From: an uncultured Candidatus Brevefilum sp.
GTDB lineage: Bacteria > Chloroflexota > Anaerolineae > Anaerolineales > Anaerolineaceae
DNA length: 64,000 bases
NCBI GenBank assembly: GCA_964441045.1
Contig: CAYTXE010000001.1
Coordinates: forward strand, 6,011-70,010
Direction of reading: 5' to 3'
Shown: positions 1-8,702 of the stretch, one piece after another
Numbering within the stretch: the stretch's first letter is position 1
Layout of the letters: each line of letters starts with the position of its first letter
The notes under the pieces: generated by a model
Seen by the model: only the letters and a program-made list of their open reading frames with translations
Told to the model about the DNA's origin: nothing
Databases searched by the model: none
Made by a program: the position numbers and the translations under genes

Positions 1-1090
1 GATCATCATACCCGATCGACAATCGATCCAGCTGTAAGACAATCTCTCCACTTCTGGGAGTCTCAGTGAATTGCATTCGCACATCCCAGGCGTGGCTGGG
101 CTTCTGAAGAGTACCTTCCCCCTCAAGAAATGAAACTCGCTTTTCAATTTGCTTGGCTCGTCTGACGGTCTCAAGGGCTCTGTCATTGAAATGACCAACA
201 GAAAACCCATCAGTATTCTTGGCATCAGCTTTCCCACCCTTGTGCGGTTTAGCCTGTGCACGCACGCTTCGAGCAGCCTTCTTCAGCCGCTTGACCTCAT
301 CCTGCTGATCGACATAAGCCTGCATGGCAACGTCAAATTCAGCTTCCCGCACTGACAGGTATTGGGTGTAATTCCCAGGGTATTCTCTAACGCCCTCTCC
401 AGTTGGTGAAAAGGCGATCACCTTATGGATGACCGCATCCAAAAAGGCACGATCATGGGATACCAACAAGATAGCACCAGGAAAAGATAAGATCCAATCC
501 CTCAACCAGACGCGCATTTCAAGATCCAGATGATTGGTCGGCTCATCTAATAGAAGCATATCAGGACGCTCAAGCAATAACCCCGCCAGCGCCAATCGCA
601 TTTTTTGCCCTCCGCTCAAGAGGGCAATTGGGGTATCCTGCGGGATATCAACAAGCTGGAACCTGGCTAAAACATCCAGGCGCACACCTTCCATCTCTTG
701 TGAGCTGTCCAAAGCCTGCAGTATCTCATCATATCGAGCGATCAATTTATGATCTTCAGGCTGCTGCGCCAGGGAATCACAAATTTTCTTCAGTGATTCC
801 AGTGTTTCTTCAAGGTTTGATGCAAAACGGCTGAGATACGCACCAATTTTCTCATGGTGGTCAAAAGTGATCCCCTGTTGAAGATAGCCTATCCTTAGCG
901 TCGAGGGGGTACAGGCAACATGACCTGAATCTGCTGCTTCAAGATCAGCGATAATGTTCATTAAGGTGGATTTCCCGCAGCCGTTTGGGCCAACCAATGC
1001 GGCTCGTTCACCCTGGTTTAAACTGAATGTAATTTTCTTGAGAACGGTATTAAGACCGTAAGATTTAGAAATTTGTTGTACTTTTAACAC
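1..1090 (-). CDS. ABC-F family ATPase, N-terminal ~363 codons (3' end lies beyond the window start)
   Basis: My own minus-strand translation starts at GTG 1090: LKVQQISKSYGLNTVLKKITFSLNQGERAALVGPNGCGKSTLMN (Walker A). Around 540-640 it reads LSGGQKMRLALAGLLLERPDMLLLDEP (ABC signature plus Walker B). There is no membrane domain. It is missing from the ORF track because it runs off the edge. Confidence 0.85.
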   Translation of the reverse strand, partial: MLKVQQISKSYGLNTVLKKITFSLNQGERAALVGPNGCGKSTLMNIIADLEAADSGHVACTPSTLRIGYLQQGITFDHHEKIGAYLSRFASNLEETLESLKKICDSLAQQPEDHKLIARYDEILQALDSSQEMEGVRLDVLARFQLVDIPQDTPIALLSGGQKMRLALAGLLLERPDMLLLDEPTNHLDLEMRVWLRDWILSFPGAILLVSHDRAFLDAVIHKVIAFSPTGEGVREYPGNYTQYLSVREAEFDVAMQAYVDQQDEVKRLKKAARSVRAQAKPHKGGKADAKNTDGFSVGHFNDRALETVRRAKQIEKRVSFLEGEGTLQKPSHAWDVRMQFTETPRSGEIVLQLDRLSIGYDD

Positions 1091-1426
1091 ATCAACCTGC
1101 CTTCTTAAAACAAAAACCCAGGGAAAGCCCTCGGTTATGAATACATTAAAATTATCAGGCTTCCCAATATACCAAGAATGCTACAGTTTGATGCGAATCA
1201 CTCACAGCTCCTTACTTGTTAATCTGCCTTTATTATAACGGATTTTAAACTTAATATCACGGATTCATGGTGGAATGATTTTGATCTGAGATTTCTTATC
1301 GCTAATAAATCATAGCCCTTTCAGGTTCCGGTTTTCCTCGAATTGTAAGATGGGGATTTACAATTGTGGGTTCTGGATTGACACAAATTTCCTCTTATCC
1401 ACAATCAATAAAATCTGTTATGCCAT

Positions 1427-1467
1427 ATAAAAGATCCCGGGTAACACCTTAGCATGTGCCCGGGATC
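1427..1467 (-). terminator. Rho-independent terminator downstream of the MFS transporter gene
   Basis: Inverted repeat GATCCCGGG (1433-1441) / CCCGGGATC (1459-1467). On the minus strand it is followed by a T-run (plus-strand AAAA at 1429-1432). It lies 38 nt past the stop at 1505. Confidence 0.6.
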
Positions 1468-1504
1468 CCGATCTGATATGAGAGAGATTCAATTGACTCT
1501 GGGC

Positions 1505-2944
1505 TTACACATCCGCTTGTTTAAGAGATTTATCCTTGATCCCAAACAATGCCAGGGTCGAGACCAGGAATAACAGACCAAAAATACTCATCAACAACGT
1601 AAAGCTGACGCCATCACCAATTGGACCCCCGATATAAGCCCCGATAGCTCCCGCTCCAGCCCCCGCAAGATTCTGGATACCGAGGTAGCGTCCTGCCTCT
1701 TTCTTCGGGACAAGGGTCGTTCCCAAAGCCCAACTTGCAGAGTAAAAGAATCCGATGGCGATACCAATCATCAAGCCGCCGATATACAGCATGACCATAT
1801 TCACTGAGGTTATTACCACAATTGTACCGACCATAGCCAGTACCCCGCTGAAAGCACATATTGGCTTTCGTCCAAATTTGTCCGTCAGCCATCCTGCCGG
1901 GATACTCGAAATCAGTATAGCGACACCAACAAACATCACCAGCATTGCTGTTGGTCCAGCTGCCGCTGCACCTTCCAAGTCAGTAAAACGTTCCTGGATA
2001 AAATACAGGGCAAAACTGGCCAGGTTGGTTGCGCCAACCAAAAAAGCCAACCGGTTTACCACCCACCATGTAAAAGAGTTCTTATCTCCATACCCCTCAC
2101 CGCCAAGACTAACGCTCACACTCGCCCAAACGCCTAAAATCACCGCAACTGCCATACCAAATACACCTATTGCTGCTGTGGCTATCAATGCGGGTGTATC
2201 TGGCAAGGTGCTCGCCTCCTTATTGACATAATTCACAAGCGCCCCAGAACCAAGAATTATTGCAGTGAAAATTGCTGTCATCCCCACCAAACGAAGGATA
2301 GGTTTCCAATCCATTTCGTAAGGGGGTTCTTTGATGGGTTTCTCCGGGGCAAACATAGCCAGTGCTGTGCAGATCAACACAATTGCGCTCAAGACGATTA
2401 AGGCACCCCAGAGGTTTCCATTTTCAACCAATTTTGTGATCACAAAAGATACAAAAATTAAAGGTGCCGGTAACTCAAAAAAGGCCTTAACGCCAGAAAA
2501 GATACCATGCTTCGATTCCGGGACAATATCAGGGATCAGTCCTTGAACTGCAGCATGGCCTGTATTGGAGGAAAGCATGGATAATATCGTTGCAGCAAAC
2601 AACATCCAGTAGCCAGTCTCCCCCTCGAAAGTGGCAGCGATCACGCCAATCCCGATGAAGACCAACACCTCCGTTATGCCACCTATCAGGATAAACGGAC
2701 GCCGTCGTCCTAAGCGAGACGTGCTGCGGTCAGAGATGATCCCAACAAGACCTTGCATCAAAACTGCAATCATCAGAGACCATAATCGTAAATTGCCGTA
2801 AGCAGACCCCTTGACCGCATCCCCCATAAAAGTCTGCACCAATAATGGCAAAACTAAAGGGGTCAGGGTTTGTGACCGGGCAGTCAGTGCAAAATAGAAG
2901 ATGTTGATGGTGATATAGTCATACCAACGGATTTTTCGTTCCAT
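1505..2944 (-). CDS. MFS transporter
   Basis: 479 aa and hydrophobic throughout (about 12 helices). The loop SDRSTSRLGRRRPF matches MFS motif A (DRxGRR). Confidence 0.85.
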   Translation of the reverse strand: MERKIRWYDYITINIFYFALTARSQTLTPLVLPLLVQTFMGDAVKGSAYGNLRLWSLMIAVLMQGLVGIISDRSTSRLGRRRPFILIGGITEVLVFIGIGVIAATFEGETGYWMLFAATILSMLSSNTGHAAVQGLIPDIVPESKHGIFSGVKAFFELPAPLIFVSFVITKLVENGNLWGALIVLSAIVLICTALAMFAPEKPIKEPPYEMDWKPILRLVGMTAIFTAIILGSGALVNYVNKEASTLPDTPALIATAAIGVFGMAVAVILGVWASVSVSLGGEGYGDKNSFTWWVVNRLAFLVGATNLASFALYFIQERFTDLEGAAAAGPTAMLVMFVGVAILISSIPAGWLTDKFGRKPICAFSGVLAMVGTIVVITSVNMVMLYIGGLMIGIAIGFFYSASWALGTTLVPKKEAGRYLGIQNLAGAGAGAIGAYIGGPIGDGVSFTLLMSIFGLLFLVSTLALFGIKDKSLKQADV

Positions 2945-3356
2945 TTTCGATCCTCCTGGTTAACGCTTCAAAGTAATGATTGATATTCATTCTCAAAATT
3001 GTTCAGTCCATATCTTGTTTTCTCATTTAAGAAGCAGAATGCAACAACTAACCAACAAAAATATCAGTGTCTTGCCCGTAAGGGTGTTTCTTTCATCTGT
3101 ATCGGGAGAAATCATGACCACAGTGACTTCTGACCCGAAACGGGATGTGCTTCTTCATCCACCGGATAATCCATGAGCTTGACCCGGTTCATCCGGATCG
3201 TGCCTGATCCCTCCCAAAGATATATCGGTCGGTATCGTCTTAATTGAAATGGGTGATCCACAGAATGCGCTCCTTAATGCTGCAAATCCTATCTTAAGAT
3301 TTTTCCCGGTCGATGTAAAACCAATCGTGCCTGTGCATACACAATCGTTGGTTCCC

Positions 3357-3863
3357 TTAGAAGTCTTTCAATAGAGACCCATGTAGATCTCGATCAATTT
3401 CCCATGGATAAACAATGAAAGCATCTGTGATTGCAGCAAAGTAATCTGGTCGATTGGTTCCAAATAAATTACGATATGGATTGAAATGCACTACACAGGT
3501 GTAGGGAAATCCACCCGCAGCCGAAACGCGATTCTTTACGGAAGTGATCGTTCTTCCGGATCCCCAGACATCATCTACGATCAAGATCCGTTCACCATTG
3601 AGCAGATCATCTTCAGGAAACATGAGAAATTTAGGCCATGCCAACAGGCGCGTACGCTCCATTTCTTCCAGTTCTGAAGGGAAATCCACAGACGCTATCA
3701 GCAGCTTCTGAATATCCGTTGCCTCAGCGAGCATCCCCCCGGGGACAATCCCGCCCCGTGAGATCATGATCATGCCGTCAAAGTTTATATCAAATTGTGG
3801 CAGCAGATGATCCATTAATTGGTCAACATCATTCCAGGTGAGGGCTTCTTTTCTTTGCTGCAT
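3357..3863 (-). CDS. Phosphoribosyltransferase, xanthine-guanine PRT (Gpt)-like
   Basis: 168 aa with the PRPP-binding motif ILIVDDVWGSGRT. SRGGIVPGGMLA resembles the Gpt SRGGLVPGALLA. The C-terminal PWEID resembles the Gpt QPWD. Confidence 0.7.
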   Translation of the reverse strand: MQQRKEALTWNDVDQLMDHLLPQFDINFDGMIMISRGGIVPGGMLAEATDIQKLLIASVDFPSELEEMERTRLLAWPKFLMFPEDDLLNGERILIVDDVWGSGRTITSVKNRVSAAGGFPYTCVVHFNPYRNLFGTNRPDYFAAITDAFIVYPWEIDRDLHGSLLKDF

Positions 3864-3867
3864 AACA

Positions 3868-4764
3868 TCATTCCTTTTTACTTACTACGGCACTTCCCAA
3901 CACCTGGGCAAGGATTTCTGGTGGTTGAGCCTCGCTGCGATCACCCGACTTTCTCGCAGATTCTACATTCCGAACCCAAAAATAAAGCGCTGTGTGATAA
4001 CAGGTGCGCGAGAATGTACTGAACGAGAAACCAAACAAAGTAATAACCCAGGTAATAAGAAGCCCAATGCCCAAACTGAGTATTCGCTGGCCTAAACTTG
4101 CCGCAATAGGGTCTGAAATTTTCGTACTGATCCAAAGACCTGCAGCAATCCCAGCAGCCAGCATCAACCCTTCTACAAACCGGGCAATTAAGTCCACTTT
4201 CATAAAACCAGCTCTGACTCGAAGCAGGTGTTGTTCACCCATCTGTTCAACACGCGCTACTGCACCAGCCAAATCAAGATCCTCCAGAATAATAACCGGT
4301 TGAATCAATTGGAATCCTTCAATCCAGTCAGGTTGTTTACATGCGGTTTTCGAAAATGATTGTCGTAGAGTGTGAAGCAGATGTGCTCCCGGTAACATTA
4401 ACGTAAAGAGGAAGATGTCCGCCCAATACTCTTTGAAGACTTGCCAGTCGGATTGCGATTCGGATGGCAGATCCTCCTTCAGGATCAAAGTATCAAGGAC
4501 CTGGCATGTTCTTGATGCTGTGATCTCACCCCACACCACCCAGCTTAACACCAACAGAATCACTATCAAACCAACCAGGATCAATCCAATCGGACGAAGA
4601 CCAATCAGTCCGATCACCAACGCCAGTGGAATAAACCACAACACCAAAAACGCAAAATTACCCAGGGTCTGATACATCCAGGGCTTTTGGAGTAGTTCAT
4701 TTTCTATTGCCAATTGAAAACTGCGGCCGATGAATCGAAAAGCGTATTTTAAACTTTGCATCAA
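3868..4764 (-). CDS. Integral membrane protein of unknown function
   Basis: 298 aa with several long hydrophobic segments and no recognisable catalytic motif. A 4-nt gap to the downstream PRT gene suggests co-transcription. Confidence 0.55.
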   Translation of the reverse strand: MMQSLKYAFRFIGRSFQLAIENELLQKPWMYQTLGNFAFLVLWFIPLALVIGLIGLRPIGLILVGLIVILLVLSWVVWGEITASRTCQVLDTLILKEDLPSESQSDWQVFKEYWADIFLFTLMLPGAHLLHTLRQSFSKTACKQPDWIEGFQLIQPVIILEDLDLAGAVARVEQMGEQHLLRVRAGFMKVDLIARFVEGLMLAAGIAAGLWISTKISDPIAASLGQRILSLGIGLLITWVITLFGFSFSTFSRTCYHTALYFWVRNVESARKSGDRSEAQPPEILAQVLGSAVVSKKE

Positions 4765-4854
4765 ACTATTCCTGCCAGAAACAAAAAGATTTCTTTTCTA
4801 TTATAACGTGAGGTTGAATTCTCTGTCAGTCTAAATTTTAGACAAGGAAGATAA

Positions 4855-7371
4855 TTACAAGAGACTTGAAGGATTTACCTCAATGAACCAATCTGTAAGT
4901 CGGCGATGACGCAGTAGCTGCTTGGGGTCCTTCCCACGTAAGATAATTTGCCAGCGATAGCGCCCATACAAACGACTAAAGAAACAAGGCGCCGGGCCTA
5001 TCATCTCTGTTCGAGGGCTTTCTTGTTCGATCCATGTTTTGATCCGGGCAGCAAGCGTATGCGCAGCTGCCTCTGCAGCCCCCTGATCGTGGTGGCGATA
5101 CTCTAAGCGAACCAGTCTCCAGAATGGCGGGTAACGAAGCTCGCGCCGGTAAGCCAACTCCTGCTTATAAAAACCCTGATAATCATGATGGGCGGCGGTC
5201 ATAATGGCATAATGATCTGGCAAATAGGTCTGCAAAACCACCCGCCCCCCAAGCGGACTGCGCCCGGCACGTCCTGCTACCTGGGTCAGCACCTGAAAGG
5301 TGCGCTCATTCGCCCTAAAGTCCGGCAGGTTCAATCCAACCTCTGCCAGGATGACACCCACAAGGGTCACCAGCGGCAGGTCAAGCCCCTTTGCCAGCAT
5401 TTGTGTACCTATCAAGATATCCACCTTGTGGTGGGAAAATTGGGAAAGGATCCGTTCATGAGCGCCTTTTTTTCGTGCGGTCTCTGCATCCCATCGCAGG
5501 GTGCGCGCAGAAGGAAACCGTTCACGCACCATATGCTCAACCTTTTCTGTGCCTGTGCCCAACTGGCGGATGTGCGTCCCACCACATTCAGGACAGATTT
5601 TTGGCAACTTACGCTTATATCCACAGGTATGGCAAATTAATCCATTTTGAGAGCGATGATAAGTGAGGGGTTTATCATCCCGCGGGCACTTAACCACATA
5701 ACCGCAGTCACGGCAAAATACATAGGTCGCAGTACCTCGCCGATTAAGAAAAAGGATCGCTTGCTGATGCGATTGTAAGACTGACTCAATAGCATCTTGC
5801 AATTCATAACTGAAAATACTGCGGTTGCCAGAACGTAACTCCTGGCGCATATCCACAACGGATATGGCAGGCAAACCCAAATCTGCAGTTTGACCTTCAC
5901 CATCTTTCATAGGCAGCTTAATGCCCAGGCGTTGTGCATGAAGCTTAATCGTCTCTTGATGAGCCAGTATCCGCTTTGGAAGTTCGAGGTATATCCAGTG
6001 CCCTTTGTCAGCTTGATAATATTGTGTCAAACGCGGCGTTGCCGAACCAAGAATGATCCCCGCCCCAGATAACCTTGCGCTAGCCACTGCCGTTGTAACA
6101 CCGCGATAATATGGCTGGCTTTCCTGCTGGTCATAGGATTCATGGTGGCATTCATCAAGGATTATTAAACCTAAGTTTTCCAGAGGCAAAAACAGGGCAC
6201 TGCGTGGCCCTATGATCACCTTGATTTCACCCTGCCTTACACGCCGCCAGGTATCATACCGCTCTCCTTCAGAAAGCTGGGAATGGACCACACCAACTTC
6301 CCCGGGAAAGCGAGATAAAAACCGATTGATCGTTTGGGGTGTAAGCGAAATTTCAGGAACAAGAACCATCGCTCTTTTCCCCTCCGCTAAAGCAGTCTTA
6401 ACAGCCTGCAAGTAAATTTCGGTCTTACCAGAACCTGTCACGCCATGCAGCAGGAAAGGCGGCGTCTCCTTTCCGGCCCAAGCCCCCTCTAATCCTGTAG
6501 CAATCCGCTGCCAAACGCGATTCTGATCTTGTGTCAGTTCAGGCGGATCAGTTGGAACAAAGGGAAGGTCTTTGAGAGGATCACGCCACACCTGTGATTT
6601 GAAAACTTTGATCAGTTCAGCCTTTTCCAGGGCTTTGATGTCGCTGTAATTCGCCCCGGTTTGAGCATAGATCAGCCCTGGTTCAACAGGGTCTGATCGC
6701 TGAGTTAAAAACTTCAGCACTCCCAAGCGCCGTTCATGAACTCGCTCTACCCTGCTGAGCGGTTTGTCAAGATGATCAAACTTGTCAGGCCCCACCTCCA
6801 GGAGAACTTTGCGCACCATCTTGGGACGCACACGGGATGGAGGCAGGATAGCACGTGTCGAAACGATCCCTGCTCGCATGAGTTTACGCAGTGTACCGCG
6901 CCACTCAACATGGCGTATGGCAGCGTCAATTTGCCGGCCGCGCAAATCGCCACGCTTTCTCAACATCCCAACCAGCCGCTTTTCCAAGGGTGCAAGACGA
7001 TCCTCATCAACAACATGTTTCGTGTTCAAGGAGATCAAAGTATCTGTACGCTGACTCAAGCCTGGTGGTAGCATCAGGTTAATGCAAGTTCCAAGGGGAG
7101 AGAGCGTTTCCTCTGCCAACCAGCGCACTAATTCCATCTGAACGGAGGTCAGGGCTGGCTTTTCGTCCACCACAGCCTCTACTGGACGTGTTTCTGCAAC
7201 TTCAGGGTTATCGATAAAACGTAAGACCACCCCTTGAACCCGCTGATTCCCAAAAGGCACAATCACCAGGGATCCCGGCTCGACAAATCCCTCCAGTGCA
7301 GACGGCAGATGATAATGAAAACAATCAGAGATATTCGGGAGGTTAATCGCGACCTCAACAAAGGTTTGCAT
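4855..7371 (-). CDS. priA: Primosomal protein N' (replication restart helicase PriA)
   Basis: 838 aa with Walker A GVTGSGKTE and DExH box ILDECHHESY. It has the PriA Cys-rich zinc module CRDCGYVVKCPR...CHTCGY...CPECG. Confidence 0.92.
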   Translation of the reverse strand: MQTFVEVAINLPNISDCFHYHLPSALEGFVEPGSLVIVPFGNQRVQGVVLRFIDNPEVAETRPVEAVVDEKPALTSVQMELVRWLAEETLSPLGTCINLMLPPGLSQRTDTLISLNTKHVVDEDRLAPLEKRLVGMLRKRGDLRGRQIDAAIRHVEWRGTLRKLMRAGIVSTRAILPPSRVRPKMVRKVLLEVGPDKFDHLDKPLSRVERVHERRLGVLKFLTQRSDPVEPGLIYAQTGANYSDIKALEKAELIKVFKSQVWRDPLKDLPFVPTDPPELTQDQNRVWQRIATGLEGAWAGKETPPFLLHGVTGSGKTEIYLQAVKTALAEGKRAMVLVPEISLTPQTINRFLSRFPGEVGVVHSQLSEGERYDTWRRVRQGEIKVIIGPRSALFLPLENLGLIILDECHHESYDQQESQPYYRGVTTAVASARLSGAGIILGSATPRLTQYYQADKGHWIYLELPKRILAHQETIKLHAQRLGIKLPMKDGEGQTADLGLPAISVVDMRQELRSGNRSIFSYELQDAIESVLQSHQQAILFLNRRGTATYVFCRDCGYVVKCPRDDKPLTYHRSQNGLICHTCGYKRKLPKICPECGGTHIRQLGTGTEKVEHMVRERFPSARTLRWDAETARKKGAHERILSQFSHHKVDILIGTQMLAKGLDLPLVTLVGVILAEVGLNLPDFRANERTFQVLTQVAGRAGRSPLGGRVVLQTYLPDHYAIMTAAHHDYQGFYKQELAYRRELRYPPFWRLVRLEYRHHDQGAAEAAAHTLAARIKTWIEQESPRTEMIGPAPCFFSRLYGRYRWQIILRGKDPKQLLRHRRLTDWFIEVNPSSLL

Positions 7372-7668
7372 AAGTTGATTTTACCTTTAACTCGAATGGA
7401 GATAGGCTGCCATTTGAGTTAAAGATCGTCAACAGCATGCCCAGCCCAGGACGGCCGTGCAATGAGTGAATTATTGATTAATTACCATCTGATACCATCT
7501 CTGGTAGAATTAAATCAAATTACTAAGTGTTCGGATGATCGCTTCCCATAATATCGCCTTTCATCCAAACTCTTGGGGTGCGGTCACACGCCGAGAATAT
7601 GACCGAACATTCATTATTGCAAACCTATCAATGATAGGTTAGAAAGATGTCAATTGAGGTTTGATACA

Positions 7669-8655
7669 ATGCCAGTCCCGATCAAGACTGGTACGGTTCT
7701 TCGTGACAGGTATCAGGTCAAGGAAATCATCGGTCAGGGGGGAATGGGGTGTATTTACCTTGCTGATGACCTTCGTCTTGAAGGCCGCCTTTGTGCTGTG
7801 AAGGAAGTTGAATATGACCGCGCGCTGCCTGAAGACATGCTCAAGGAAACACGCGGTCAATTCCAGCGTGAGGCGACCGTTCTGGCACGCCTGGATCACC
7901 CAAATTTACCTAAAGTCTCCGATTTTTTCTCTATTGGTGATCGTGATTATCTAATTATGGATTTCGTGCCGGGGAAAGACCTTCGCCAAATAATGATGGA
8001 AGCCCGCGCAAAAGAAACCTTTATCCCGGAAGAGGATGTGCTCGAGTGGGCAAACCAGCTGGCAGGTGCTCTAAAATATCTCCATACGCAGGAACAACCA
8101 ATCGTTCACCGAGATATCAAACCCAGCAACCTTAAGCTGACACCCAGTGGATTGGTCAAACTCGTAGATTTTGGATTGGTAAAAATGCTCGCACCAGGAG
8201 AAGTCACCATCACCATTCTGCAGGGTCAGGGCACAGCGCTGTATACACCGCTGGAGCAGTACGGCGGGGATTCAGGACACACAGATGCTCGGAGCGACAT
8301 CTATGCCTTCGGGGGAACGCTTTTTCACCTATTGACCAATCAACCGCCCGTTAACGTAAGAGACCGATTCCTCAACCCCGACAGCCTTCCCCCCATTCGT
8401 GATATCAATCCCGATGTCAGCATACGTACTGAGCGTGCAATTCACTGGGCTTTGCAGCTGCATCCAGAAGATCGTCCAAACAATATCGACGTCTTTACAA
8501 ATGCGTTATTTGTCGAGGATGCTCCGATCACCAAGCCCTACCGAGCCATGCGCCAGCAGCCAAGCACCCTGCGTCAATCCGAAAAAGTATTGCTTTTCCT
8601 GGCGGGTTCTTTATTTGTGATCGGCTTCCTGCTTACAGTGTTGCGAAATTTCTAA
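7669..8655 (+). CDS. Ser/Thr protein kinase with a C-terminal membrane anchor
   Basis: Hanks kinase motifs: GQGGMGCIY, AVKE, HRDIKPSNL, DFG and GTALYTPLEQ. The C-terminal TM is VLLFLAGSLFVIGFLLTVL. I prefer ATG 7669 (GAGG 9 nt upstream) over the TTG at 7654 in the ORF track. Confidence 0.85.
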   Translation: MPVPIKTGTVLRDRYQVKEIIGQGGMGCIYLADDLRLEGRLCAVKEVEYDRALPEDMLKETRGQFQREATVLARLDHPNLPKVSDFFSIGDRDYLIMDFVPGKDLRQIMMEARAKETFIPEEDVLEWANQLAGALKYLHTQEQPIVHRDIKPSNLKLTPSGLVKLVDFGLVKMLAPGEVTITILQGQGTALYTPLEQYGGDSGHTDARSDIYAFGGTLFHLLTNQPPVNVRDRFLNPDSLPPIRDINPDVSIRTERAIHWALQLHPEDRPNNIDVFTNALFVEDAPITKPYRAMRQQPSTLRQSEKVLLFLAGSLFVIGFLLTVLRNF

Positions 8656-8702
8656 TAGACATCCCTATTGCGCTATCTCAAAGCTCGTTAATAATTCCCT
8701 TA

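Noticed and set aside
1395-1403. A perfect DnaA box (TTATCCACA) lies in the intergenic region between the ABC-F and MFS genes.
   Set aside because: It is a single isolated copy. About 0.5 chance occurrences are expected in 64 kb on both strands, and no neighbouring boxes or AT-rich unwinding element are present.
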